DNA from: the human T2T-CHM13v2.0 reference genome, Homo sapiens
Assembly (NCBI GenBank): GCA_009914755.4
Contig: CP068257.2
Location: forward strand, 38,304,001 to 38,368,000
DNA length: 64,000 nt
Direction: 5' to 3'
Below the pieces are notes generated by a model, which did not search any database, had not been told where the DNA came from, and saw only the letters and a program-made list of their open reading frames with translations. Positions 1 to 14,330 of this stretch are shown piece by piece; the stretch's first letter is position 1, and each line of letters begins with the position of its first letter. Made by a program: the position numbers and the translations under genes.

Positions 1-712
1 TGTAATGTGGTGTATTTGTGAGTGTGTGGTATGTTTGTGTGTTTTGTGTGTGTAGTGTGGTGTGTTTGTGTGTGGTGTGTATGAGTGCGTGTGGTGAGGG
101 TTGTGTTTGTGTAGGAGTGTGTCTGGTGAGGTGTGTTTGTGTATGAGTGCATGTGTGTGGAGTGAGAGGTGTGTGTTGGTGTGTGTGTGGTGTGTGTGTG
201 GGGTGTGTTTGATGTGTGATGTGTGTGGTGTGTGGGTGTAGGTATGTATGTGTGGTGTGTGTGTGTAGGGTGTGTTTGTGTGTGTGTGGTGTGTGTGATG
301 TGTGTGTGTGTTTGGTCTGTGTGTGGGGTGTTTGTGTGTGTGGTGTGTGTGGTGTAGTGTGTTTGATGTGTGATGTGTGATGTGTGTGGTGTGTGTTTGT
401 GTGTGATACGATATGTGTGTTTGGTGTGGTGTGGGTGTGGTGTGTTTGTGTGATATGTGTTTGGTGTGGTGTGTGTGTGTGTGGTGTAGTGTGTGTGGTG
501 TGTGTGTGTGTGGTGTGTATTTGATGTGTGATGTGTGATGTGTGTGTGGTATGTGTGTGGTGTGTTTGCATATGTGGTATGATGTGTGTTTGGTGTGGTG
601 TGTGCGTGGTGTGTTTGTGTAAGTGTGTGTGGTGTGTGACTGTGTGATGGGTGTGGATGTGTCGGTCTGTTGTGTGTGTGTGGCGTGTTGTATGTGTGTG
701 TGTCTGTGTGTT
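1..712. repeat. Complex GT-rich simple-sequence block, degenerate (TG)n with GG, A and TTT interruptions, ~700 bp
   Basis: The sequence is almost entirely tg/gtg/gtgg words from 1 to ~712. Its composition differs sharply from the flanks. It lies inside the PCP4 intron. Confidence 0.9.
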
Positions 713-1904
713 AAAAGTAAAAGCTGCTGTGGTGACTTATTGCTGGTTCCTCCAATGATCTAACCATGATGACGTGAGCAATGACCTTTCATCGCCATCA
801 ACTGGGAAACAAACAGATTTGAGAGTTTCCTTTCCTAAGTTTAGGGGTTAATATATTTTTGAATTGTGCTGTGTTTCAAACTTTTTATCCTTTCTGGGAC
901 TGTTGCAGGATCCATGAATAGCTCTGTCATGCCCTAGGTGACTTTTCATGTCTGTTAATTTCCTAGGAATTTATGTTAATTATTTGAAGCCTGCCTCTTA
1001 GATTGTGAATGCACAGATGAAGACCATTTTTCTGGAAGTGCTATTTCCCACCATCCGTGAAGAGCCCTGGCTGCCGCCCCCATCCTGGTTGGCCTCACTG
1101 TGGGGCTGTGCCCCTCCCAGGATGGCTCCTTGGCAGAGGCCCCACCTGACAATCTTACCTCACACTCTCCAGCGGCCTGCTTTGCTCTTTGAATCTCTGA
1201 AATTCTATTACTTACTTGTGCATTTACCTTTCCATTTGTTTTCCTGGGGAGGGAGGGGACTAGGTTTGTTCTCTGCTCTCTCCCAGCCCCCAGGACAGGG
1301 ATGGCTCTCTCAGACCACTCGCCGAACTCATGAATTTGGTATAGTTCCCCCAGACTGCCTGGTAAACCAGCAGATTTTGCAAGCTGGTTGACTGTATTAT
1401 GTGTTTAGACTTGGACCATCCAAGAGATGCTTTTCCCCCAGAGCTATATTGACTGGTCCATAAAGAAGTCTGTCAGCTTGGTCTACATCTAAGGAGATGA
1501 AGTAGCACAACCCCACAGGATGAAAACAAGATTTGGAACAAGACCCAGATCCCAAGTCAGGCTTGGCCAGTCTTCACGAGGTGATCTTAAGCGAGGCCCT
1601 TCTAGAACGGGGATGATGAATGTTTCCTCAGCTCTCATAAATGACTACGTAAGTCCAAACTACAGATTACAGAAGCCCAAATTCTCTTTGTAAAATAGGG
1701 AATCTTAAATTCTGATTCTCTATGATGCAAAGCAACTTTAAAACCTATGAAGCCTCCAAATTAGGTCAGGTGCTGTTATAGGCTGAGCCGTGTCGTCTCC
1801 CCACCCAAATTAATATGTGGAAGCTCTAACCTCTGGTACCCCAGATTGTAACTACATTTGGAGATGGTTAAAAAGATGGTTAATTGATTAATGTTAAATT
1901 AATG

Positions 1905-2125
1905 TCCTCATGTGGTGAGGACACAGCAAAAAGGTGGAGAGAGGCCTCACGAGAAACCACACCTGCTAACACCTTCATCTCCAACTTCTGGCCTCCAGAA
2001 CTGTGGGAAAATAAATTCCCATTGGTGAAGCCATCTAGTCTCTGGTATTTTGTTATGGCAGCCCGAGCAAACTCATACTCTTCTCGACAAGTATCTGCTG
2101 ATGGACTATGGGACTGATGTGAGAA
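1905..2125 (+). mobile_element. MaLR LTR fragment, MLT1-like 3' end
   Basis: The motif 'ttctggcctccagaactgtgggaaaataaattcc...ggtattttgttatggcagcccgagcaaactcatac' matches the conserved 3' end of MLT1-type LTRs. The ORF 1884..2117 lies inside it. Confidence 0.6.
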
Positions 2126-2185
2126 CCTCTGCTCCAGCACCAAACTCTGTTGTATCAGAATAGATAAATGCAAGTGGAATTTTAA

Positions 2186-2366
<181 letters not shown>

Positions 2367-2754
2367 GAGACTCGTAAAATTCATTTGGGACTGTCTTCAA
2401 CTGGTAGTATAATAGTTCCTAACCTTTATATTTATGATTCTCTATTTTACATTTGCCCATCAAATGATCTGTAAAATAAAATCTACTTGAGTATATGAGG
2501 GAGGATGTATTTAATGCTCAATAAAGAGTGGTTTTTATTACCATTCCATCTTTAAGAAGGGCTGCCTGAGCTTTCTCTTGTGACATAATAAAACATATAA
2601 TTGCAGAGGCCACCTTCTATTCAGTTTCTGTGGGGGAAAGGCAGTATTTCAGGAAAGTAGCATAAGAAATGTCTATACTAGTGCAAAGTTTAAACTTGAA
2701 TAGGACTGTTTTGCTTCCTAGTGGAGGTCATGGCAGAACTGAATCAGGGGACGT

Positions 2755-2826
2755 TCCAAGCCTCAGGGAGCATCATTTCTTCATTATTTTTCCAAGCCTC
2801 AGGGAGCATCATTTCTTCATTATTCA
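2755..2826. repeat. 36-bp tandem duplication (x2)
   Basis: 'ccaagcctcagggagcatcatttcttcattatt' occurs twice back to back. The same duplication shows as a repeated peptide in ORFs 2669..2935 and 2721..2984. Confidence 0.9.
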
Positions 2827-4631
2827 AGGGCCATTGGCAGAGCTCTGTGTCAGGTCCTGGTGGTTTAATGAGGTTTCTGCTCAGAGGGAAAAGCCTCATT
2901 GCCTGGAGCCATTTTGCAACTACACTGTTTGTTGAGAAAGGGCAATGTGACAGGTGCACAGGTAATGGACAGGTAGCTAGATAATGTAGCAGTTCACGTA
3001 GCTGCCCAGCCTGATAGATTTTGATTGTCACTTCCTTTGAGGTGAGATCTTACAGGTGATGGACTTGGCTGATGTCTGAAGGCCTTGTGAGGGATAATGG
3101 CCCCCCAGGCACACAGGATGTTGAATCATGGGACCATTTTTTTGGAGCTATAGTGATCAATAAGTCGGGTTTCCCCTAGTCTTCTAGTGGAGTGGGAATT
3201 GCTGTTCTCTTACATCAGATCTGCTAATTGGCATGAATATCTCTTGACTGTTCTGTGGTCAGCTTGAAAATTTCAGAATGTCTATGCAGAGTGGGAAAAG
3301 GTAGAATTCCAGGACCTGCGGCAAATACAAGTAATGACAACTGTGAAGCCCTGGATGGCTTACAAGGTGTTTTGGTGAAATACTTCTTAAAAGGAAAAGC
3401 CGTAGACAAGTCAAATGTAGTGGAGTTGAGCAAAGAATGATTCCAGAATTAGGTGTCTCTCTGAACCAGAACAGGTTCTCAGAACTCCAGCCTGCCACGT
3501 GGTCAGGCAGCCTTGATGGGCAGAAAGCAGACGTGAGGCACCGAGGCAGCTTAACTGGTTACAGTGCAGCATTTTGCCCTGCTTGAGTAAGTTGCCCACC
3601 TGTGATTGACTGAAAATGGGCTGCTGTGATTGATGGAGAGCCCACTATTTGTTGACCAGAGCATGCCTGTACAGTACTCCTGAGTTAGGCTTCTAGTTAG
3701 TTTTTGTACTAAGACTGTAGTTTTTATTTGAGGACTGGAGTATGGAGGCATCCTCAGGCCAAATGTAATTTAGTCTAAACTGCTGCTCCCTCAGACTGAA
3801 AAGCCTCCATGGAGAGTGGGCGTGGCCAAAGTGATTTTCCAGTACAGGCGGCAGAATCCTATGTGCACATGTCAGGGAGAGGCCACCCAGTCCAGACCTA
3901 AGCCTTCAGCCATCTGTGTGAAGGAGAAAGTGGTAACATGACGGAAATGATTGTACTGCAATCTGGACATGACAATGGCATTCGTTTCGTCCATACCACT
4001 CGTTTAGACGCCCTGCTCCCTCCTGGACACAGAAGCTCTGCAAAGGCCTCTAGGCCACTAGGAGGGCGTGGTGTGTGCCCTCGTAGCTAAGGAGAATGTC
4101 CTTTTGTATTGTCTAAGCTTTACAGTGACATGACTTGTGAGTTGTGGACTGTATCGGTCGGCAGTGGGAAGTCTCTCTTTTGAACAAATTTTAAGGATAT
4201 TCTTTCTGCCTTGTATTTCTGAGCTGGGGCCATCTTGCAACAAGCCCAGCAAACACAGCTGACCATGATGGCCATGCGGGCGGCCATGATGGAAAGTGCC
4301 CCCTTCCTCCCTGGATGAGGGCCCGAGTGATCCATGAATCTCACCACTGAGCAGACACAGACACCCTGAGGCTGGAGAGCCACCTTACTGCCCACGTCCC
4401 CTTCACTGGCCTTTGCAGCTCTGGCCACGCCATGCCCAGTACAGTGTGGCCTGTGCTTTAAGGTACAACCGAGTGTTGATCTGAACATAAACCTAACACT
4501 GGGAGCCAGGTAGCACAGGCTTTTGTTTTCCAGATGAGAAAACTGAGCACCAGAGAAGCTAAGAACTTTTTTCAGAGTCACAGAGCAGTCAGAGGCAATC
4601 CCCAAATTCAGATTTTACCTGAAATCCATAG

Positions 4632-5048
<417 letters not shown>

Positions 5049-7423
5049 CGGGTTTTGTTTATTCCCTGGCCAGCTATTGGTGGCAGGCTCTGTTCTAGGC
5101 AAGAAGAGGCTTAAAAACCCGCCTGGAGCTTCTCTTGTTCTGCTGGGTCCCCACAGGCTCCTCTGGGGCCACAGGCCCTGGCCCAGGGGCATGAGGGTAC
5201 TCCTGTGCCTTCCTCTTTCCCTGTGTGCCTATTGAGGTCTGGACGTCTGCCCCTGGACACCTGTGCCCCTCTTCTCTCCATTCAGCCTTGAGCATTTCCT
5301 GAGGCTTTCCCCCATGAAACAGCAGTGCTCCCTGACGTCATTCTCAGGTGCCAGGTTTCCCATCTTCCTTACAGTGCCCCCTGTGGGCTGTGTCCCTCTG
5401 GCTGCCCAGACAGTGGCTTTCTCAGGACAGCTCCCAGCTACATGCCTCCTTGGAGGCCCCTTGAGGCCCTCCTCCATGACAATGCTGCAGGGAGTGAGGA
5501 CAAGGACTCGCCTCACAGACTGAAGTTAAATGGTTACCAAGGAGGGTACCGTGCTTGTTTAGTCCTCCAGATAAAGGCATGCCTTTGACAGCTGCCTAGC
5601 ATATTGATTAATGGCTCACTTGCAATCAACAGTTGTTAATTGAACACCTACTGTGTGTGTGCGCTGGATCCTATGTAAGCTGTTGGAACAAGGCGGACAA
5701 AGTCCCGGGCCTCACAGAGCTCACGCTCTAGCGTAGAAGACCGAGGACAAACCAGAGAAGGAAACAAAGAAGTAAAGTCATGGGTAGCAATTGCACCGTG
5801 AAGAACTGCAATGCAGGCTTGGGGGTGTGGCGTGCCCCTAGGGGACATATTCGGGGAATGTCCTCTCCTAGGGCTCTTCAGTCTCCCCAGCAGGCGTGGC
5901 CGAGGGCTTCCCTGTGGGTATCAGCAGTAGAAAGGGCCCCCTGTACTGCCCGTGGGTCCCCGCCTCTGCCCGGGAGTGATGGGGCTGGGGAAGCTCCTCA
6001 CAGGGCCACCCTGCTCCTGTGGCCTTGTCACTGTCACTGGGGTCATCCTTGGGGAACCTTGGCAGGCTCCAAGGCCCTGAAGAATGGTTCTGGGAGTGGG
6101 TGCCTGGCTGTGGTCCCTTCCCTTACTCTCCTCCCCTACCTTTGTGCCTGCTGAATCTGGAGTATTTAGAACTGTACTTTCCTGACTTCCAGGGCCACAG
6201 ACCATTTGTACTGAACCCTGTGCCACCGAGTCTAATTGGTTGTCCCTTCTCCACTGCAGTCGGGTGCCCCATTCTCTTCTTTACACACTCCTGACTGGCT
6301 CAGCGGAAGGAGCTCCTGCCACTCCTCTAACAGCATCTGACCTTCCCCGCCGCCCCGGGAACTGGACTCTCTGAAGTATACAGAAAAGTAGCGATTCCTT
6401 AAATGTTAGTGGTTTCTTTTTTAAACAATGTAATATTTTTCAAATGAGGAATCAATCAGTCACTTTTGGCTGAGATATCAGTTTAAGATATAAGTGCAAA
6501 ATTGATTTCTGTGAACTGTCCTCACTGTTTCATTATATATTTCCTTAATATACATAATTTTCTGCGTCTTCATTTGTCATTTGTCAAAAAATAATATTGC
6601 CGCTTTCTTCCATCATTATAAAAGGGAAAAGACAAATCAGGCCCTTTAAAAACTTCAGATTCCAGCAACATTTTACATTTAAAAGGGAAACTTCCCCTCC
6701 TACTTGGAATCAGAGTGAATTTTTCCCCTTTGCACTCACTGTACAGTTGATGCAAGGATTCCTCTGGGAGTAGAAGGATTTGGGACTATAAACCATCTTA
6801 TGAAAAATGACAACTCCCAGTGCTGTAGATGCTACCTAACCAAGGATGTTATTGGTACGAAAGGGTTTATTGCCATGAGCACAAACACTGGAGCCATTTG
6901 CATTCTGGGTTTGCTAGACACTTGACCTCCAGTCCCAGGCTCATGTGATAACATTAATTAACCACTTTTAAAACATCTACTTGAGCCACAGGAAACTTTT
7001 ACTTCTCCCAGTGATCCTACCCCTTATTTTTCTCCAAAGAAAGGGCCCTGGCAATGTAGAAGACAATGTGAATAGCTACCTGGAGTGTGAAAAACAGTTC
7101 CACTTGTCTATCATTTGGGCTGTCCTGGGTTAAAAAGGAAGCACCCCCATCCCCTGCCTCTGAAATATTCCTGAACATTGGTGCACTCAACATCTCTGCT
7201 TTTATGAGCATTGGCAGCAAGTTTGAAATAGAAGACAACAGTTCTCTGATTTGGGTCATGGCTCCATCAGTCCTACAAGGCTTCCAAAGCCAGAGCTGAC
7301 ATTCCCTCCTCCTAGGTGAGAGGATGATTGAAGGGTCCCAGGTGGAAACTGATTAGGATCTAGGAAAATTGAGAGGAGGCTGCTTACAGCTCTGCAGATG
7401 CATCTGAAATAAGTGCTGATTCT

Positions 7424-7491
7424 CATCTATCTATTACCTGTCTATCTGTATTTGTCTATCATCTACTTATGTTTGTCTGTCTGTCTCTCTG

Positions 7492-7538
<47 letters not shown>

Positions 7539-7612
7539 ATCTATCTATCTATCTGTCTATCTATCTATCTATATATCTATCATCTATCTATCTATCTATC
7601 ATCATCTATCTA
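7424..7612. repeat. (TCTA)n / (GATA)n tetranucleotide microsatellite, perfect core ~7493-7538 with imperfect flanks
   Basis: tctatctatctatcta... is read directly. ORF 7413..7613 (YLSIYLSIYL...) is an artifact of it. Confidence 0.95.
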
Positions 7613-8233
7613 GAGCAAGCAGGATAGAACAGGCAGGCCTTACCTCAAGTCCTCAAGGAACCCCAGCTTCCTCCACCCTCTCTGATAGAGCTGGTGCCTG
7701 AGCATTATTATGCAAAGTCCCTAAACAAGGTAGTGGATGATGAACTCAGGCTGCCTGGTGACACTCAGGAATAGAGCCCACTCCCTGCTCACTGGCTGGG
7801 GCTTTTCCTCTGCCTCAGAATGCCTCCAGTTCTCCCATCTCCAAGTTGGCTGTGCTCCTCACAGGGCTGGCCTCCTCTGCTCTAGGTGCAAGCCCAGGGT
7901 GGCAGCGAGGCTCTTGGCCCAGGTCCCAGGAGAGGTCAGTTCTGTCCCCAGTTCTGGCTTGAGCTAACTCCAAGGCCTCCTTTGTCCTTGGATCTCAATT
8001 CTGGCCACACCTGAGAGTCTTTTTAAAAGAAGTGTAGATGTCTGGCCTCCCCACAGGGACACGGATTTCTCAACATCCATCTTGCTCTTAGGAGCACCCT
8101 TCCCACTGCGGCTGTGCAAGGAGGAAGCCCTGAGTCTGGGGTGAGACCCTCATGCCTGTATTTAAAAAAAGAAAGAAAAAGAAAAACGATGCCTTTGATG
8201 AATCTGATGTTTAGCCTTCATCAGACTAGAGGC

Positions 8234-8368
8234 ATTTATTATTTTATTTTAGTTTTTTATTTCTGTAGGTTTTTGGGGAACAGGTGGTGTTTGGTTACAT
8301 GAGTAAGTTCTTCAGTGGTGATTTGTAAGATTTTGATACACCCATCACCTGAGCAGCATACACTATAC
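8234..8368 (+). mobile_element. L1 3'-end-like fragment (older primate L1 subfamily)
   Basis: 'tttttggggaacaggtggtgtttggttacatgagtaagttcttcagtggtgatttgtaagattttgatacacccatcacctgagcagcatacactatac' resembles the conserved L1 3'-terminal region. Confidence 0.5.
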
Positions 8369-8420
8369 ACTCTACGGCCATACCACCCTGAACACGCCGG
8401 GTCTCATCAGACTAGAGGCT
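8369..8420 (+). pseudogene. 5S rRNA-derived fragment (roughly nt 1-55 of 5S, ~85% identity), not a functional gene
   Basis: 'ctctacggccataccaccctgaacacgccgggtctcatcagactagaggc' aligns to 5S rRNA 'GTCTACGGCCATACCACCCTGAACGCGCCCGATCTCGTCTGATCTCGGAAGC'. The remainder of the 5S sequence is absent. Confidence 0.6.
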
Positions 8421-9149
8421 TTTGAAAGACATTTACCTTCCACGACTGAAGAATTTTATTGATTTATTTGTTTTTCCGTCTTGGCTGCACTGGCCCTGTG
8501 CTGTGGTAAGGTATACAGCACAGAGGCCCAAGCCTTCGTTCCTCACCACCCCCCACTTTGTGTCCTGTCACCGTGTGAATTGGTGAAATCCCTCCACCTC
8601 AGCAAGCCATTTGCCAAGTCTACCTCATAGGAACAAGAATGTAAGCTTTGTGAAAGTTCAGTCGAACTGTGAAGGTCAAATGGTGTCATCCCATCTTGAC
8701 GATGATAAAAATGGAAGCCCTGATTGCAATAAGCAAATCTTTCCTGAGAATGACACACAGAATTATACACGGAAACTCAGTATATGACTCTGCTGACTCA
8801 GTAATTGTGAATATCAGCTATCATTGGACCAATATCTTAGCAATATTAAATGGTACCTCTGTGAGATAGCAGGAGAAAGTAACAGCACAGCCAGTATTAA
8901 AACCATATATCAAGATGGTCACTGAGAACAGAAAATCATGTGCAGAAAATACATGAAGTGTTGAGACTGTGTCCTTGAGTTTCATTGTCCTGCTCAGGTG
9001 GTAGATTCTGAGCTCTGTCAAAACACTCCACTGGATTTTACTTTGCAGATGAGCTCTTGTCCTGGGGTGTAAGTTAAGCCCCTGTGTGTGCCCCAAGGTG
9101 GACTTCCTGGCTTCACTTATCTAGTGGGGCTGTCTGCTTTCCTATTTTC

Positions 9150-9318
<169 letters not shown>

Positions 9319-9600
9319 TGGGAGAACCCCCTCCTAGTCCACCTGAAAACACCAAATTCAACCATCATCTGTCAAGAAATTAAAAGAACAACACCCTAGA
9401 GAGAAGTCATCCACACACAATCCACACACGCATAGCAAACCTCCAATGCATGTACAGAAACCTGTGATATTTATACCCTTGTAGGAAGGTATAGACAATG
9501 GAATTGTGAGTAGCTTAATCTCTATGTTTCTCTCCATTTTCATTCCTCCTGCAACTATTTTCCTTGATGTTGTAATAAAATGAAGTTACGATGAGTGAAT
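9319..9600 (+). other. PCP4: PCP4 3' UTR (approximate end at the cleavage site)
   Basis: It follows the stop codon directly. The AATAAA hexamer at 9574-9579 is ~20 nt before the inferred cleavage site. A length of ~280 nt is consistent with a short PCP4 transcript. Confidence 0.7.
9574..9579 (+). terminator. PCP4: Polyadenylation signal AATAAA
   Basis: 'gttgtaataaaatgaagttacg' is read directly. Confidence 0.7.
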
Positions 9601-12600
9601 TCAAGTGACTGCCTTTCTTTCTCTCTTTATTTTACCTGATGTTAGAGGTGACTGTGAGCCAGGTGTCTATTTCTTTCTCTTAGGAGTCAGAGATGTAACA
9701 CATTGTCTTCTGTTAGGAGCTTTTTTGCTGAGAGTGAGAGATCCATTTTCAGCCATGCTTGCCTCATTTGGAGAGTCCTAAGTGCTGGCTGGCGATGGCA
9801 ACGTATTTTCTTCTTATCATGGGAATAGAGCCCTGTATCCTCGGGTGCCAAAGACAGAAGTTTCCCTGGGGAATTATGACTGATTCAGGAGAACAAAATG
9901 GGAGAAGGTGATGCATTTGTGTTTGGAGCATCCCCAGATTTACTCAGCAGACCCATTTCAGATCTCCAAAGGGGACACTCTAGCCTGTTATAGGCCATTC
10001 TGCAGCTTACCTGCAGTGCTCTGCACCTGTGTGGCTCCAGGGTACTGGCACCCTCTCTAAACTCCCCAACTTCCTCTATGCTGTGATTTGCCACGTGGTA
10101 GGGTTATTTATTGCAACCTGTAGCAATTTAGAGAAGCTATCAGGCTTCTCTTCCATTCCACCTTCTCCCATGCAAACCTTGCAGGTAAACTGTTCTGTAA
10201 ATCCCGAAGTAGTTTTGTAGGCAGTGAGGAGAGGTCCATCCCATAGAGAGGACCTCACCGCCACTGATTTGGGAGCCAGTTGGTTGGGTGGGTACCCTCC
10301 TTGGGAGACACTTGTGGCTTTTGTTTGCACTTTTCCACATGATAACGTGATGTGTAAGTCACATCTCATCTTCAACCTCCTGAGATGTTTGAGATGCTCC
10401 ACGACTGCTGTCGTACACAGTGGGACATTGCATGTCTTTCCTTTGCCAGCTCCTTAACAAAGGGTCAAGGTGGAGCATGAAGAATAATGGGAAAAGGGGT
10501 GAGGGATGACATCGTATGTGTGCACATGTGTGTGCATGGGTGTGTGGATGTAAGGGATGGTGTGAGTGAGGCATGGGCAAGGCAATGACTGCAGGTGGAT
10601 GTGCCGCTGTTCCTGCGGCAGGGCCCCGTTTATTGTCAGGAAGGCACAGGTCAAGAAACACTGGCATGCTTGGGTGATTTACTGTCTCAAAAATCCCTCT
10701 GAAAGTGTGCATATTTTCTTGTGTAAGGAAATCTCTCCTGCCAGACAATTCCCTGCAGTCGTTAGAGACAGGGAAAACTCATAGATTCTGATGAATTTCC
10801 AATCATCAGAGAGCTAAACAGGATCACTTTGGCCCTGATAACCAGCGAGGACTCTGAGGGGCTCCTGATGCTGTGGTCCCTACTGAAAAGAGGACCACAG
10901 GCTGAGGGGACACTCCAGGAAAAGCTTCCTGAGACAGCAGAGATATGAATGCCACAGAAATCAGATGGGTCTCCATGTAGTCTTCTTTGGCGTTCCCTTA
11001 AGCTACCAATGTAAAGTAAGCCAGGAACAAAACAAACACTTACATATTTTGGATCAATTTCACCACACCTCATACTTCAAGCACCTCCATCCTCTGAATA
11101 GTTCACCTAAAGGAAGTAGGGGCACTGTCTATACTGGCTGCACTCTGGCCAGTGCTGTCCCAACGCTGACCCCTCTGGAAGCTAATCTGGCTTATAATGA
11201 GGATGCTTTCTTTAGAGGGGACTCTCCATGCACAGCAGAAAATCCCAATGGAGTGGTTCTTCCCTATGTCCCCAAGGGACTGGGAATATTCTTTCAGTAA
11301 CAATGGCCCATTGGGGGAAGAAGGATGAAAGTGGGGTGAGAGACGTGAAATTTGGAGAGGTCCCTCAAAGATTGTGATGTGCCTCTCTTGTTCCAATCAC
11401 AGGACAGGGGTATAATGGCTTTCCTTTGAAACACGGGGATGAATTTAACTATTCACTTCCCAGGTAGATTCATCAGGGTCTAGAGCTTCAGCTAACAGCA
11501 TGAGGAAGATTCCAAATGTGCCCCCATCAGCATAGGAACTGGGTATGTTGAGTCTATGGTCTCATAAAACCAGAAGAAGGACAAGGGATTGTGGCTCCAG
11601 GCTTGGGAGCACCTTTTCCTTACCATGGGCTACAGTATTTATTTAGGGTAAAGGAAGGAAACTCCTGAGGTGCTATGGGGTGCCAGCAATTTGGAGCATC
11701 AGTAATTCAATGTCCCTTCAGCCATGTGTATTCAACTCCTGCTGTGGGTGTGGACTTGGTGCAGTGGCTGCAAAGCAGGACAGTCCTTGTCAAGGTGCTG
11801 TCAGTCTGGTGGGGAAGGGACGAGGATAAGCAGATGCTGGAATGGAAGGAGGGGCACAGCACGGCAGATCATGGAGAATCAATCACTCAAGTCTTCTCCA
11901 GGTGCAGCCATGCCCGGCAGTGCACTGAAGGCTGACAGGAGTTCCTGGGTAAATAAGGGTGGTGGTTGGTGAAGAAGTGTCTGGGCAAAGTCCTTGAGAA
12001 GGAGGTGCACAACTTTGCCATCCCAGAGGCTGAATTTATCATTGCACTTCAGCCTGGGGGATGTGACTCTGCTCTCTGAACTTGGGGAGGCCAGGAGGCA
12101 AGAACCCAAGTATTTGAGACTTGAAACTGGATCCATCTTTGACTTACAGTCAGTCAAGTGACTACAGAGAAGTTACCTACCTCAAGTAGCCAGTTTCTTT
12201 AACAGCAAAGTGATGATAAAATCTTTGTGGTAAGGTGGTTGGCAAAGTGTTAGGAATTTAGAATGAGGCAAAATGCATGAGTGTCTGGCTCAGTGTAGGT
12301 GTCTAATAAATGTAAGCTGTCATTATTGATAAACCAGTGTGGTAAAGAGTCAACCATAGCTTCCCTTATCAACATGCAACACACAACACTTCACTCAACT
12401 GAAGCCATGGGACTCAGTTTCCCTTGGCTACAGCCAGTTGGACCAGTGGTAGGCACTTGACTCAAGGGGTGGGCTCAGCCTGTCTGAATATTTCTCTAGT
12501 GATTCTGAATTAACCTTCATGGGAGCTGAGCCAGTTAAGGTGAGGGAGATGTTGAGCTGGGACAAGGCTGGTGTGGTGACAGGTAAAAGTTGCAAAAAAG

Positions 12601-13649
12601 GTTTTAAAAAACTTTTTTTTTTTTTCAAGGAGCTGCAAAAGCCCATGTGGAGACAGGTGCAGGAAGAAGGAGAGGACTTGAGACTCAAGGTACATGAGCC
12701 CATGAGAGATGAAGAGGTAGCCTAGGTTGAGTTAGTCATTTGGTAGCAATGAATAGAAACCCACTCATACTAGCTAAAAAAAGAGAGAATTATTCAGGTC
12801 TCACAGACATCCAAGAATAGAACATCCAAGACACCCAAGAAAAGAACAGAACACCATGGGCAGGCAGAATTATATTAGATTTATAAATAAACTAGGGCAC
12901 AGTGGGGAAGAATTGACGTCTTTATATTATTGTTTTTATAGCATTTTATGACGTTTGGTGGTTTTGTAGTTTTCTTCATATAGGTCTTGCACATTTCTTT
13001 TTGTTCTATTTCTAAGTGTTTCATAGTTTTTGTTGTCCTTGTAAGCACGATATTTTTCCAAAGCATTCTCTAGTAGGTGTTGCTGTTATCTCAAAGAACT
13101 ACTGATTTCTGTAGATTTAGCTCTGTAACCATTCATCTTACTGAACTACATTCCTGATCATTTTCCAGTGAATATTTTTGGATTTCCAGGTCCTATCACT
13201 TGCAAATAACAATAATTTTGTCTCTTCTTTCCGACTACTTTCAATTCCTTTTCTTTATTCTGTCTCATCTTCCTGTGTGTTGAGGGAGGCTTGGGCATGA
13301 TTTCAGTCTCAACAGTTATAGTGACAGACCATCTCACGGGTTGTCATTTGCATGGGTCAGCTATTTTGGGTTGATTGATTTTAACTTCATAAGATCATCT
13401 TTTCTCAAGTTTTATGAGTCTCTTATTGTACCTTTGAATGCACACATTTTATAGACTGTGGAGATTAACCTAAATAAATTAGTATAATTGTAAGGGGAGA
13501 TTGAACAGGAAGAGTTTAGGGTTAGGGCTTATTTAGGATTTGCGTTTAAGATGAGGATTCACACAAATGTCATGTTTAGGAGATTTCACTTGATTACAGC
13601 TCAAATCGTGGACAATCAAGGTAGAGTCCCTTGGTCACTCTTTTAGCTA

Positions 13650-14330
<681 letters not shown>

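Noticed and set aside
1005-1391. 128-aa ORF just downstream of the GT-rich block
   Set aside because: It is a Pro/Leu-rich low-complexity peptide with no domain, lying in the intron upstream of the real PCP4 exon. There is no splice evidence.
4120-4605. 161-aa ORF on the minus strand in PCP4 intron 2
   Set aside because: There is no recognisable protein similarity. It lies upstream of an Alu in intronic sequence. Its codon usage is unremarkable and it has no start context or splice signals.
8369-8420. Functional 5S rRNA gene
   Set aside because: Only about the first 55 nt of the 120-nt 5S sequence are present, at ~85% identity. The internal promoter box C region and the 3' half are missing. 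I call it a pseudogene fragment.
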